Shown: piece by piece, positions 1 through 9,786 of the stretch
Numbering within the stretch: the stretch's first letter is position 1
How the letters are laid out: each line of letters opens with the position of its first letter
Assembly (NCBI GenBank): GCA_963718895.1
Contig: CAVRAG010000004.1
Coordinates: 256,001-320,000, forward strand
Reading direction: 5' to 3'
DNA length: 64,000 nt
Source of the DNA: an uncultured Nitrososphaerota archaeon
GTDB lineage: Archaea; Thermoproteota; Nitrososphaeria; Nitrososphaerales; Gagatemarchaeaceae
Translations under genes and position numbers: made by a program
The notes under the pieces: generated by a model
What the model was told of the DNA's origin: nothing
Database searches by the model: none
The model's input: the letters and a program-made list of their open reading frames with translations, nothing else

Positions 1-1287
1 AGCGAACCCCTACCAGAATCCAAGTCCAGCCTAGTTATCTGCAGAAAATGCAGGACAAGGTACGCCACGGTCAAACGCCACGTCAGGGTGTTGACCGCGT
101 ACGAGCACGAGTTCGAGAGGAACTACCGGGACCTCGCGGGCAGGGATTCTACGTCCGATGTCACGAGGCTGGAAGAGGAGAGACAAGGTTCCACTTCTAG
201 AATCCTGGAACGCATCTACTATGATGAGCACCGTCCAGCGTCCGACGACAAAGACGAGCGCAGGACGCTGACGATCTATCCCGGGGACAGGATGCTGGTA
301 AAGGAAGGTAAGCTCTACATCTTCAAGAGACGGAATGTCGAGGCTGTCCCACTGACAGGCACGACGCTCGTCGACAACGGCGTGATAGGTGAGGAACAGC
401 TCAAGGCGCTCGAAGATGCGGGGGCGACCGTCCGGAAGGCAACAAGCTCCAATGCACCTCCCATGGAAGCGAAAGAACCAAGGTTTGACATCAGTCCACT
501 CGTAGAAAGGGCCGTCCTCGAGCGCCCCGAACTCGCCCGCGGATTCGCCTTGGCCATGGCCAAGAGCGCAATCGACGCCACCGAGAGAATAGCCGCCCTC
601 CCGCAGACGCAGGAGGCGGAGGCCATACCTTTGAAGAGGGAAGAGCTCCGGCTTTTCGGGCGTCTGGAGAGATCCGGCCCGAACGGGTTCCTGACCTTCG
701 AGGCGCGGATCATGATTCAATACTGGAAGTGCTTCAACCTGCCGCTCCGACGCGTCTTCGAAAGGTTCGGGCCCCGCAAGCGCTCACGTTTCGTGAGAGA
801 GAGCGTGACGGCTGCGTCGGGCAGGGCCAGGGGGTACTCCGCGGTGGACGCGGCGATAAACTACCTGCACCAGAGGCGGCTCTTCAAGTGCAGACAGGTC
901 AACATCCAGCTGGGGCTCGAATACAACCCGGGGGAGGGCTTTTTGCACAGGAGGAGGTGGAACTCGGATGGCCTAGGCCTGCTTCTCGACCTCATCGACC
1001 CCTTCAAGTTCGCTGACAGGGAGAAGCTCCTGAGCGCGATACTGGATTCAAGAGTCAACTGGAGGGACTTCTACAGCTCGACGGACAGGCACGGAGTCCG
1101 GTTCTACTATCCGAAACCGGAGGCGATAGGCACGCTCGAGGGCGTGGGCGAGGAAGCAGACAAGAGCATGGTGGAGTACAAAGGCGTCAAGCTCCCGCTT
1201 ATGGAAGCTTACCGGACCACGGTCTCCGATCTGATTGAGAACCTTCAGAAGGACGGGAAACCGTCTTTCACACCTTTCGCATACTGA
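1..1287 (+). CDS. cas1: Cas1-like integrase/nuclease (stand-alone), 5'-truncated by window edge, N-terminal extension with CxxC
   Basis: Frame open from base 1 (SEPLPESKSSLVICRKC...). Cas1 motifs in order: TLTIYPGDRMLVKEGKLYI, FEARIMIQYW, DAAINYLH, GLEYNPGEGFLH, LLLDLIDPFK, C-terminal TPFAY; E/H/D triad appears intact. Confidence 0.8.
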   Translation, partial: SEPLPESKSSLVICRKCRTRYATVKRHVRVLTAYEHEFERNYRDLAGRDSTSDVTRLEEERQGSTSRILERIYYDEHRPASDDKDERRTLTIYPGDRMLVKEGKLYIFKRRNVEAVPLTGTTLVDNGVIGEEQLKALEDAGATVRKATSSNAPPMEAKEPRFDISPLVERAVLERPELARGFALAMAKSAIDATERIAALPQTQEAEAIPLKREELRLFGRLERSGPNGFLTFEARIMIQYWKCFNLPLRRVFERFGPRKRSRFVRESVTAASGRARGYSAVDAAINYLHQRRLFKCRQVNIQLGLEYNPGEGFLHRRRWNSDGLGLLLDLIDPFKFADREKLLSAILDSRVNWRDFYSSTDRHGVRFYYPKPEAIGTLEGVGEEADKSMVEYKGVKLPLMEAYRTTVSDLIENLQKDGKPSFTPFAY

Positions 1288-1696
1288 GCAGACAGCCCTT
1301 CGCCCAAACGGCCTCGAGTTTAGGGTCTGTCACCGTCCTCCAGAAATCGAAATGCTTCAGCGTCTCCTCTCTCGTCATGAACTGCACCGGCCTCGTCACG
1401 CTAACCATCTTTTCGTGGAACAGCTCATGCACAGGAATGGGCCGGGCGAGGGCATGGTTCACTTCGACGCCGACGCCAGAGGTGATCCTGTTCAGGAGCC
1501 TGCTGAAGACCAGCCCGTCGCAGCAGTCTATCAGTCCAAACCAGTACGCCATCCCATCCTTCTTACCCTGATCGTTCTGAAGAGTTCCTGGATTCACTAT
1601 CTCGCAACCGGGCAAGTGGGTAGCTATCGCAAGCATCTCGGCTTTCTCGAGCGCGGTCCCGTAGAGGCACATGGCATGGGCGTAGTAGACCCGCAC
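1268..1696 (-). CDS. Nucleoside 2-deoxyribosyltransferase-like (NDT fold) protein
   Basis: MRVYYAH, EIVNP, IDCCDGLV, TSGVGVEVNHALA motifs. Confidence 0.6.
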   Translation of the reverse strand: MRVYYAHAMCLYGTALEKAEMLAIATHLPGCEIVNPGTLQNDQGKKDGMAYWFGLIDCCDGLVFSRLLNRITSGVGVEVNHALARPIPVHELFHEKMVSVTRPVQFMTREETLKHFDFWRTVTDPKLEAVWAKGCLLSMRKV

Positions 1697-1864
1697 ACAT
1701 CATCCTAGTACAAAGAAACTCGGGCCTATAATCGCCATGGTGCATCTGCGAATGCGACCAGAAGGTGCACCAAACAATCAAAGTATATTTAACCAACCAG
1801 ATTTGGTCGTGGCCACCCGAGGTTAGAGAAAATCAAAGGACGCAATTACCGCGAAGTTAAGTCA

Positions 1865-2347
1865 ATGGCTTACACCAGCAAGTACTACGCACCCGGCGCA
1901 CCCAACTCCAAGGTCGCCAGGTTCACCACAGGAAAGGCGAACCCCGACTACAACTACTGCATCAACCTGGTCTCCAGGGGAAGGGTCCAGATCAGGCACA
2001 ACGCCCTCGAGGCGGCCCGTGTGGCTGCGAACAAGAAATTGGTCAGCCTTGGAGAAGAGGGGTACCTTCTCACCGTGAAGACATACCCTCATATAATTTT
2101 GAGAGAGAACAAGATGATCGCCACCGCAGGCGCAGACAGGCTCCAGGAGGGTATGAGGAAGGCCTTCGGCAAGCCGATAGGTCTGGCCGCCCGCGTGGAC
2201 ATAGGCAGCACGATACTCGAGCTCCAGGTCAAGACGGCCGACCTCCAGCTGGGCAAGAACGCGCTCCACGCGGCGAAGGCGAAGCTGGGCGTGCTCACGG
2301 ACGTCGTAGCCGTAGAGATCCCGAAGGCCCCCACGCCCGCTGCCTAG
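1865..2347 (+). CDS. rpl10e: 50S ribosomal protein L10e/uL16
   Basis: [43 protein letters not shown] signatures. Confidence 0.97.
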   Translation: MAYTSKYYAPGAPNSKVARFTTGKANPDYNYCINLVSRGRVQIRHNALEAARVAANKKLVSLGEEGYLLTVKTYPHIILRENKMIATAGADRLQEGMRKAFGKPIGLAARVDIGSTILELQVKTADLQLGKNALHAAKAKLGVLTDVVAVEIPKAPTPAA

Positions 2348-2415
2348 CCGCTGACCAGTCGGCATAGTCAAGGCGTTAATCGACAGAGGATTTCAAGCAG
2401 GTAGATGCTGCGCAC

Positions 2416-2534
2416 AGGATTCATCACTCATCCGGGGACTCATCCAGGTACGTCGGTTGTGATAGGATGTCAAGGCGGGAATTCCAGTTGCTCTCCGGGC
2501 TTTTACGTGCGAACCGCGTCGGACCCCGAGGCCC
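2416..2534 (+). repeat. A-C repeat block (diverged copy just downstream of rpl10e)
   Basis: aggattcatc...atccaggtacgtc...ctctccgggcttttacgtgcgaaccgcgtcggaccccgaggccc. Confidence 0.85.
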
Positions 2535-2675
2535 TCTCTCGTCCCACCTCCGTCCCGCGCGACGCTACCAAGAGGCGACTCTGGAACTTCGGCAAGGCAG
2601 AGAGTGTTCCTCTATTCCTACATGAGTTGCCCCGAATAATCTTGGGTTGACGGCTGCCTTCGGAGGTTAGTCTAT

Positions 2676-4289
2676 CTAATCTCTCCTTATCGCCATGTAC
2701 AGGAAACAGGCGAGGGGAACGAGTATCCATAAGACCGCCGCTGCAACGATGGTGGGGATAGTTATCCCGTAAGCTTGGGGCACTATGGAAAAGCTCTGTC
2801 CGGCTAGAACCGGAAGCCCAACGGAAGATATTGTTCCAGTGAGGTATGTGCCTACGAGGCTCACGAATGCAGCGGGATTCACAAACTCCAAACTCACAGA
2901 GAGCTGGTAGAACCCCACAGAGCCGCTCTGAATCCCCAGTACTGACGTAACTAGAGTGGCAATCACGCCTTGGAAGAAGTCGATTACCAGGAACAGTCCC
3001 ACGCCTATTCCAATCAGCGAACCCGAAGACCTCACGAGATGCGAGAGAAGCATCATTGTCCCGATGAAGGCAGCTAGCTCCACCAGAAGACCCGCGGTTG
3101 ACGATATCAGAATCGAAGCATCGATGAACAACCCAGAGAAATGTTGGGCGATTAGGTCCAGCGCGGCCACCGAGGCGAGCGTGGCCACGGATATCCCGGC
3201 GAAGCTCGAGACGTACCTGGAAAGAGACAGTCCCCTTCGCGTGACGGGTTGGGCGAGCACGGACTCGAGGACTCCTGAAACGCGGTCCTTGCCGTATACG
3301 CTGTACACCGTGACTATCGTCAAGAGAGGGATGAAGAGACCGAAGAAGGTCTCGAAGAACGAGACGGCGACCTGATTGTTCAGCGCCCTCGTGAGCGCCG
3401 AATCAGGATACACCTGTCCAAGCGGCAAGTTAGAGGTTGACGTGGCGACGCTCGTGCCGTTCGGATACGCTAGACCTATTGCAACTATGTCGCCGGAAGC
3501 AGCAATAGTTGCTGGAGCTTCAGAGAGATTCCCAGTCAGTTGAGGAGAGGGGAGGACCTGGACGTAGGACCTCATCGTGCCGAGAAGCTGGGCGTTCGAC
3601 TGGTTCAGCTCGGCTGGAATAAGGGTCTCGGCTTGTACGCCTCCGCAGTCCTGCACGAACGCCCCGTTCTGGCACGGGGTCCCGCTGAGGAATCGGTAAT
3701 AGACGAGGTACCCGCTTGGTGAAGAGCCATTGAAACCGGCCCAGGACACCAGAATGTCCCTGGATGATGTATTCGTGAGGCCCGTGACGGTCGCGGGCGT
3801 GGCAGGCGATTGGTAACGGGTCGTGTGGAACACCGAGACGGTCTGACCGGGAGGGGTACTGCTTGAGAATGGCGCGTAATCACCACTAACTATGACGGAA
3901 GAACCGGAGGCCGTCACGACCACGCCGACTGAGTAGCTATTGCTCTCTGGAACGGCTATCGTGAACTGGGTCGAGCCGCTCGAGTTGGTGACCGCTGACC
4001 CAGATACTGTACGGGGCGGAACGGCTGGGATGGTCACGTTCAAGTCGAACTTCACCCCCGCCGCGGGTTGGCCGAACTCGGTCCACGCGAGTGCGATGAA
4101 GTGATATCCGCTCGAGTTATAGTAGACAAAGATCTGGCTGGTGTTGTTGTTGTTCGGGGGGATGGCGTTCGCGGAGAAGCTCCCAAAGGCTGCGAGGCTC
4201 AGGAGCACCATCGCAGCCATCGCAATCAGGACGGACTTGCTGGTCAGAGTCCTTCTAGTGTCGTAGAGGAACGGGCCCAGCATGCTCAC
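2676..4289 (-). CDS. ABC-2 type exporter permease with large extracellular domain
   Basis: N-terminal TM, Ser/Thr-rich ectodomain, GKDRVSGVLESVLAQPVTR motif, C-terminal TMs ending RRD. Confidence 0.85.
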   Translation of the reverse strand: MSMLGPFLYDTRRTLTSKSVLIAMAAMVLLSLAAFGSFSANAIPPNNNNTSQIFVYYNSSGYHFIALAWTEFGQPAAGVKFDLNVTIPAVPPRTVSGSAVTNSSGSTQFTIAVPESNSYSVGVVVTASGSSVIVSGDYAPFSSSTPPGQTVSVFHTTRYQSPATPATVTGLTNTSSRDILVSWAGFNGSSPSGYLVYYRFLSGTPCQNGAFVQDCGGVQAETLIPAELNQSNAQLLGTMRSYVQVLPSPQLTGNLSEAPATIAASGDIVAIGLAYPNGTSVATSTSNLPLGQVYPDSALTRALNNQVAVSFFETFFGLFIPLLTIVTVYSVYGKDRVSGVLESVLAQPVTRRGLSLSRYVSSFAGISVATLASVAALDLIAQHFSGLFIDASILISSTAGLLVELAAFIGTMMLLSHLVRSSGSLIGIGVGLFLVIDFFQGVIATLVTSVLGIQSGSVGFYQLSVSLEFVNPAAFVSLVGTYLTGTISSVGLPVLAGQSFSIVPQAYGITIPTIVAAAVLWILVPLACFLYMAIRRD

Positions 4290-5227
4290 TTCGCCTGCTC
4301 CGGACCACTCGACGCGCCGACCAGCCTGAAGAAGTACTCCTCAAGGTCGGATTTCTGGACCGAGAACTCCCGGAGGAGGTACCCCTTCTTCATCAGCTCA
4401 GCGCTCACTTCCGAGGGATCGGCCTCAAACCCGGAGAGAACGATGCTGGACTCGCTCTCGACGCTGACCGTACCGAGAGTGCGAAGGTAGTCCAAGCCGC
4501 TCTCGTTTAGGTTCGGAATCGTCATTCGCAGGACGCCGTTGCCGCGCTCTATGGCGGCCAGCTCGCCTCTCGTGAGAGTCTTGATTACCTTCCCCCTGTG
4601 GATGAAGATGATTCTGTCGGAGACGGCTTCGATCTCGGAGAGTATGTGAGAGGAGAGGAGGACGGACTTGCTCTGCTTCCTCAGGTCCGTCAGGAGGGCA
4701 CGGACAGACCTTATGCCCTGTGGATCCAGCCCGTTCAGCAACTCATCGAAAAGAAGGTCCTTCGGTTCAGGAAGCAGAGCTAGCGCGAGGGAGAAACGCT
4801 TCTTCATCCCCTGTGAGTAGTCTCGGAGACGTTCCCTTTCGTGTCCCGAAAGCTCGAGGAGCTGGAAGAGCTCTTTGGCTCTTCTTTCGGCGGCGTCTCT
4901 TTCGATCCGGCGGAAACCCGCAAAGTAGAGTAGCAGACTCTCAGCCTTGGCGTTCTGCTCATAGTTCGGAAACTCCGGTACCCAGCCAATCTGCTCGGAG
5001 GCTTTGCGCTTGTCCGCGACTATGTCGTGGCCGTCAATCGTGACCGCTCCCGACGTGGGGAGAGACACGCCGCTCGCGACTCTGATGGTCGTCGTCTTGC
5101 CTGCCCCGTTCAGTCCGACGAAACCCACCACCTCGCCATCTTCCACCGAGAACGATACGTCGTCCAACGCGGAGACTTTCGTCTCCCCCCTCCCGTAGTG
5201 CTTTGTCAGATTCGCGACCCTTATCAT
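4286..5227 (-). CDS. ABC transporter ATP-binding protein
   Basis: Walker A GLNGAGKTT, YSQGM signature, LLFDE, SSH. Confidence 0.95.
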   Translation of the reverse strand: MIRVANLTKHYGRGETKVSALDDVSFSVEDGEVVGFVGLNGAGKTTTIRVASGVSLPTSGAVTIDGHDIVADKRKASEQIGWVPEFPNYEQNAKAESLLLYFAGFRRIERDAAERRAKELFQLLELSGHERERLRDYSQGMKKRFSLALALLPEPKDLLFDELLNGLDPQGIRSVRALLTDLRKQSKSVLLSSHILSEIEAVSDRIIFIHRGKVIKTLTRGELAAIERGNGVLRMTIPNLNESGLDYLRTLGTVSVESESSIVLSGFEADPSEVSAELMKKGYLLREFSVQKSDLEEYFFRLVGASSGPEQAK

Positions 5228-5531
5228 AGGAAAGAGATCGCCTGGTCGAACCGGTGATTTCCTCCGGGTGGCCTAGAAAGCGAGAATTTCGCTAGGATAG
5301 GATCGAGAGTTACAGCCACCGAATGAAGTCCTGTCGGTGAGGTCTGGTCAAGCCCGAGGTGGATTCTCGATCGATGGCGGCGCGGGCAGGGCATGGAAGA
5401 GAGGAAGCCCATTCAAGCGATAATATACTCTGTTTAACGTAAGGACGTACTTTCGATACACCAGATTCATAACAGAGGTCTCGGGCATGAGGATGGCCTC
5501 GCGGTCTGAATAACGCTATTATAGTCGCTGG

Positions 5532-6179
5532 GTGGAGTTTTCGAGTGTGCCAGAACAACGAGCCGGAATAGCTTACCAGACGCGATTGGCCGTCGTTCTA
5601 TCAGCCTTCTTGCTCATTTCTTCTGGCTTCGTGCCCGCGATTTCAGCGAGCAGCGAGTCCGTCCTGACCGGCGTTCAACCAGGGAGCTTCCTGCTCATCT
5701 TGTTCAGCTTGCTCGATCCTTTCATGACAGTGACCTCCACGCACCCTGCTCCGGGGGTTGAGGGGGTCGCGGTTCAGCAGGAACCGACCTCGAGCGAGGT
5801 CCAGTCGGAAAGCCCGGCTGCCTCGACTCCAACTTACTCTTCTCCCTCCTCCACAACGTTGCCGTTGGCAGTGGTCCCACGCCTTTGGACCGACTCCGCA
5901 AGAAAGCGGTCGAGATTCCAGATATACATCGAGATACTCGAGTTGCTGAGGCGCGGCCCTCTGACTCCATTCGAAGTAGCATTCTATGCGAGACTGAATC
6001 ACAAGAAGGCAAAGGAATACCTCAAGTTCCTAGAAGAGAAGGGATACATCGAATTGGTCGACGAAGATGGCAGAAGGATGTGGGTTCTTTCAACGAGCGG
6101 GGGAAGCATCGTTGAGAAGGTGAGGGCCATCTACGGGTTGTTCGAGAGCGATTTCCCGACCAGAAGAGCCTACACGTAG
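5532..6179 (+). CDS. Membrane-tethered winged-helix (HTH_45-like) regulator
   Basis: Two N-terminal hydrophobic segments; C-terminal RKRSRFQIYIEILELL...YLKFLEEKGYI. Confidence 0.65.
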   Translation: MEFSSVPEQRAGIAYQTRLAVVLSAFLLISSGFVPAISASSESVLTGVQPGSFLLILFSLLDPFMTVTSTHPAPGVEGVAVQQEPTSSEVQSESPAASTPTYSSPSSTTLPLAVVPRLWTDSARKRSRFQIYIEILELLRRGPLTPFEVAFYARLNHKKAKEYLKFLEEKGYIELVDEDGRRMWVLSTSGGSIVEKVRAIYGLFESDFPTRRAYT

Positions 6180-6385
6180 GTCGAGCAGATTATTCATTAT
6201 ATCAGATTCTTTTCGGATGGGACGGTGTGATAGATATTAGGGCTAATGCTTCGCAAATCGCCTTGACCGCATCGGAGGATTCCATCGTCTCATTGGTGAC
6301 CTCAATCCAGCGGATGTTGCGCCTGTAACAAGAAATTTCACCCTTGATTGGTCGTGAATAGAGCTTTCCCACCTGATATATCTAC

Positions 6386-6429
6386 TCGTGGCCGTAGAGA
6401 TCCCGAAGGCCCCCACACCCGCTGCTTAG
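6386..6429 (+). pseudogene. Displaced copy of rpl10e 3' end (last 14 codons incl. stop)
   Basis: Matches 2304-2347; 3 differences, all synonymous; downstream flank also duplicated. Confidence 0.9.
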
Positions 6430-6501
6430 CCCCTGCCCGGTCGCCCCAACATCTCAGCCGCTCATCGGCAGGGGATTTCAAGTAGGTGGATTGCTGCGCA
6501 C

Positions 6502-6618
6502 AGGGCTCATCGCGCATCCGGTGACTCATTCCGATACGTCGGTGGTGATAGAATGTCAAGGTAGGTATTCCGATTGCTTTCCGGCTTTTACGTGCGAACC
6601 GAGCCAGGCCCCGAGGCC
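6502..6618 (+). repeat. A-C repeat block (copy of 2416-2534)
   Basis: agggctcatc...ccggcttttacgtgcgaaccgagccaggccccgaggcc. Confidence 0.85.
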
Positions 6619-6707
6619 GAAGCTATTGTGAATCGAGTCTGACGCTCGCTAGCCCGCTCATGAAGAAGGATAGTTCCGTGTAGCCAACGACGCGGAAGCG
6701 CTCGATT

Positions 6708-7115
6708 CTAGCCCACCATCAGAAAGTCGTTCGCTGTCAATATTCTGGTTCCGTCGACCTTCCCAAGAGAGAGCAGGTGTTCATCGCCAGAAACTATGAA
6801 GTCTGCTTTTGCAGCCACAGCGCTCTCCAGAATCACGTTGTCTGCTGGATCTTCCTTGACAACATCCAGTCTTGCGGGAGTATCGACGAAAATCGCGATG
6901 GCTGACACAAGAGCCTTGAATCTCGATTTCTGTTCTTCCTCGAATTCGAACTTTGGATAGTCGAGCACTCTCGAGAGCTCATCGAACTGAGCCTGGGAGA
7001 TGAAGAGCTCAATATCCCCGCTGACTATCTGCGCCAGTATCTTGTGCGGCTTCCCGTTCCACCCTAGGGCAGAGATGAGTATGTTTGTGTCGAGGACTAC
7101 TTTGCTCTTGCCCAC
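6708..7115 (-). CDS. vapC: PIN-domain (VapC-like) toxin
   Basis: VVLDTNILISA, DPADNVILE, IVSGDEHLL. Confidence 0.9.
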   Translation of the reverse strand: MGKSKVVLDTNILISALGWNGKPHKILAQIVSGDIELFISQAQFDELSRVLDYPKFEFEEEQKSRFKALVSAIAIFVDTPARLDVVKEDPADNVILESAVAAKADFIVSGDEHLLSLGKVDGTRILTANDFLMVG

Positions 7116-7357
7116 TTGACGGCCTCGTCGATGTCATCCTGCTTAACCTTGCGTTTCTTCATGTGAGACTGGATGTCTCTGGAGAGAGACTCGAACTCGA
7201 TCTTGACCTTTGGTATGTCTACTCGCTTGAACAGCACACCATCCTTTACCTCTATGGCCACGAATCTGTCGCTGCTGGTGAAGCCTTCGTTCTCTCTTAT
7301 TCGACGAGGGACCACTAATTGCCCCTTGCCTGACATCTTGACCAGTGGCTCCTCCAC
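7097..7357 (-). CDS. AbrB/MazE-family antitoxin
   Basis: VKMSGKGQLVVPRRIRE; overlaps PIN gene. Confidence 0.85.
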   Translation of the reverse strand: MEEPLVKMSGKGQLVVPRRIRENEGFTSSDRFVAIEVKDGVLFKRVDIPKVKIEFESLSRDIQSHMKKRKVKQDDIDEAVKWARAK

Positions 7358-7479
7358 CTTGACCGACTCCCATTGAGTCGTTGAACAGTTGAACTATTTA
7401 ACCGTTCGACCCAATCGGGCGCTACTCTTTCCTGCTCCTGCGAGCCGACGCATCGTCCGGTGAACTCCCGGCTTCCTAC

Positions 7480-7577
7480 GTGCGAACCGCGCCAGGGCCT
7501 CGAGGCCCTCTCCCCCGTCCGAGCTACGTCTTGTCTTAGATGCGGAATGGGCCTGAAGCCGTGCAAAGGGTTCATTG
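7480..7577 (+). repeat. C-to-A imperfect hairpin (attC-like), copy 1
   Basis: GTGCGAAC...GGCCTCGAGGCCC...GGGCCTGAAGCC...GTTCATTG. Confidence 0.8.
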
Positions 7578-7690
7578 AGCCTCCGCCGGTCCACTTTATC
7601 CAGGTTCGTCAGCTATTGTAAGTGAGCCGGGGTGGGTATTCCAATTGCTCTCCGGGCTTCTACTTGCGAACCGCGCCGGGCCCCGAGGCC
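7568..7690 (+). repeat. A-C repeat block
   Basis: gggttcattgagcctccgccggtccac...tgcgaaccgcgccgggccccgaggcc. Confidence 0.9.
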
Positions 7691-7707
7691 GCTCGAATCG
7701 ACCGCTT

Positions 7708-8898
7708 TCACGGACTTAGGGCGAACGAGGTGGCGTTTACCATGAAGCAGTAGGCGTACGGAGACGCCGTGTCGTCGGGCACGTTGAACATGCAGTTGGC
7801 GCTCGCCGGCTCTCCTTGCTGGCCGACGTATGGGTACCTCACAGTTATGGTGTAGCTCGTAGCGCTCCACGGCCCTGAGGAGGGGACTTGGGCGGTGCAG
7901 CCAGAGGCCGTGGCGGCTTGAGCGGCGCAGTTGAAGATGAACGCCTGGGAGAACCCGGAGGTCACGCACGGAACGGGATTGTTGTTCTCGGCACACCCTC
8001 CACCGTTGTCCAGGAAGCTCCCCACCGTCGGCAGGTTGCCGGACCGGACGACCGAGAAGTGCAGCAGGGTCACCTGGCCCAATTCGTCGCCGGCGACCAG
8101 AGTGTAGCTCGCGGGCAGGGCTGAGTGGAGCGAGTTGTAGAAGCCGGTGCCGTTCGCGGCGTAGATGGAGTCCTGGAAGGAAATCCGCGTTGTGAAGGTC
8201 CCCTTGGCGAGGGTCTCCGGGGTCTGGGTGTACGTGCACACCCCCGAGTTGCACACGGGCGGCGGAGGGGTGCCTGGGACGTCGTAGTAGCCGGCGTAGG
8301 TCCCGTTGTCGCTGCCCGGGAGCAGCGAGTAGCTTGTGATGTTGTGCAGGCCGTAGGATTGGTTGCCGATGAACACGAGATCGACCAGGCATTCGACCGT
8401 GGCCCACACAAACAGCGGCTTGCCCGCCGCGGAGATGTTGTTCAGCCCATAGGTCCCCGTAAAGACGCCTACGCCGACTGGATAGTACAGCTTGTTGGTG
8501 GCGTCGCCCAGGTCGCATGGTCCTGCGGACAGACCATCGATCGCCCAGGCGCTTGAGGCGGTCAGATTGTTCGCCGTCGGCAATGTGTTCAGGATTGAGG
8601 CGGTGATATCGATGGCGTCCTGGCTCGGTATCGTCGTCGCGTTGACCGACAGCGTCAGTTTCAGGCCCAACGACGAATTTGCCGTTTCCGCGCTGGCCGT
8701 GACCATCTCGGCGCCTTGGGAGGATGAGGCGGTGGTAGCCCCCGAAGAAGATGTGGAGCTCGAAGCGCTCGTATCGCTCGAGGTCGCGGACTGAGAGGAG
8801 AGTACAGCATATGTGATTCCGGCCAAGGCAGCCATTGCGACGATGACCACGGTCGCGAGGGTGGCTGTCGTCCCGATGGCGCTTCGCCGACTCACCAA
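7708..8898 (-). CDS. Membrane-anchored surface protein (Ser/Thr linker, Ig-like domain, Cys-rich C-terminal domain)
   Basis: N-terminal TM; YTLVAGDELGQ motif shared with 21141, 39526, 58481; C-terminal domain shared with 58481. Confidence 0.75.
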   Translation of the reverse strand: MVSRRSAIGTTATLATVVIVAMAALAGITYAVLSSQSATSSDTSASSSTSSSGATTASSSQGAEMVTASAETANSSLGLKLTLSVNATTIPSQDAIDITASILNTLPTANNLTASSAWAIDGLSAGPCDLGDATNKLYYPVGVGVFTGTYGLNNISAAGKPLFVWATVECLVDLVFIGNQSYGLHNITSYSLLPGSDNGTYAGYYDVPGTPPPPVCNSGVCTYTQTPETLAKGTFTTRISFQDSIYAANGTGFYNSLHSALPASYTLVAGDELGQVTLLHFSVVRSGNLPTVGSFLDNGGGCAENNNPVPCVTSGFSQAFIFNCAAQAATASGCTAQVPSSGPWSATSYTITVRYPYVGQQGEPASANCMFNVPDDTASPYAYCFMVNATSFALSP

Positions 8899-8933
8899 AC
8901 ATAGGTCACGCGATTCGCGAAGAGGCTCCCCTC

Positions 8934-8954
8934 GTGATTAATAGTTTTGTCCGA
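8934..8954 (-). promoter_or_regulatory. Motif B (conserved promoter-like/cassette-start element)
   Basis: tcggacaaaactattaatcac on minus strand, ~36 bp before gene start. Confidence 0.75.
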
Positions 8955-9026
8955 GTACACCCGAAGTCCCGGTCTTGGGCGGCTACTCATCGATGTTTAA
9001 ATAGGTATTACGCGTAATACTTTTCG

Positions 9027-9263
9027 ATGAAACGGGAGGAGACTACGGTTACCCGGAAATTCCAGACCACGATCCCAAAAGCGATAAGGAAGAACCTGGA
9101 AGTCAAGGCCGGTCAGAAGGTGACCTGGCATATCGTGAAGAGCCTCGTAGTCGTTGATACGCACAAGAGGGTGAAGGACCCGGTGGCGTTCCTCACATCT
9201 CAGACGAAACTCAACCTGGACGCCACAGCACTCGTCAGGGAGACCAGAGAAGAACTCACTTGA
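9027..9263 (+). CDS. AbrB/MazE-family antitoxin
   Basis: VTRKFQTTIPKAIRK. Confidence 0.85.
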   Translation: MKREETTVTRKFQTTIPKAIRKNLEVKAGQKVTWHIVKSLVVVDTHKRVKDPVAFLTSQTKLNLDATALVRETREELT

Positions 9264-9688
9264 AGTACCTGGACACCAACGTCATAGTCTACGCGATAGA
9301 GAACCATCCAAAGTACGGAGAGAGGTGCAAGAGAATCCTCGAAGACGTTGAGAGCGGGAAGCTGAAAGTCTCTTGTTCGATGTTGGTCCTGGTGGAACTG
9401 ATAAACGTCCTGAAGAAGCTGAACCGAGTTCTCTCGAAGCAAAAGAGGAAGGAGCTCGAACTTGAGGACAATGTTGATGCGGTGTTGTCGTTGGGAATTA
9501 CCTGGATTGACTTGGACTTTCTCATAGTAGAGAGAGCGTCCACTTACTCTTTCGATATCAACGGCGTGGACTACATCCACGCCGCGTCCATGGAGGTCAA
9601 CTCGATAACTGAAGTTCTCTCGGCGGATGCAGATTTTGACAAGGTTCCGATGGTCAAACGCCTGGATCCGTTGGGCTATGAAGGCTAG
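9260..9688 (+). CDS. vapC: PIN-domain (VapC-like) toxin
   Basis: YLDTNVIVY, DYIHAAS, SADADFD. Confidence 0.9.
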   Translation: MKYLDTNVIVYAIENHPKYGERCKRILEDVESGKLKVSCSMLVLVELINVLKKLNRVLSKQKRKELELEDNVDAVLSLGITWIDLDFLIVERASTYSFDINGVDYIHAASMEVNSITEVLSADADFDKVPMVKRLDPLGYEG

Positions 9689-9705
9689 CCAAGAAAGTCA
9701 CATCT

Positions 9706-9723
9706 GGGTTCGTTGCGCCTCGC
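9706..9723 (+). repeat. Motif A (partial)
   Basis: gggttcgttgcgcctcgc. Confidence 0.6.
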
Positions 9724-9786
9724 TTGTAGCTGCTCTTTACCCCAAAGGGTCGCTACCGCGTGATGGGTCAGGCGTCGCTGACAAGG

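Noticed and set aside
1-1700. Complete casposon
   Set aside because: No family B polymerase, paired TIRs or TSD visible; upstream context is outside the window
7480-7577. Canonical integron (IntI plus attC)
   Set aside because: No tyrosine recombinase in the window and ends do not match RYYYAAC/GTTRRRY; kept only as an analogy
7568-7690. tRNA gene or tRNA-derived att site (GGTTCR resembles a T-loop)
   Set aside because: No cloverleaf, no GGTTCRAATCC and no acceptor stem in any copy
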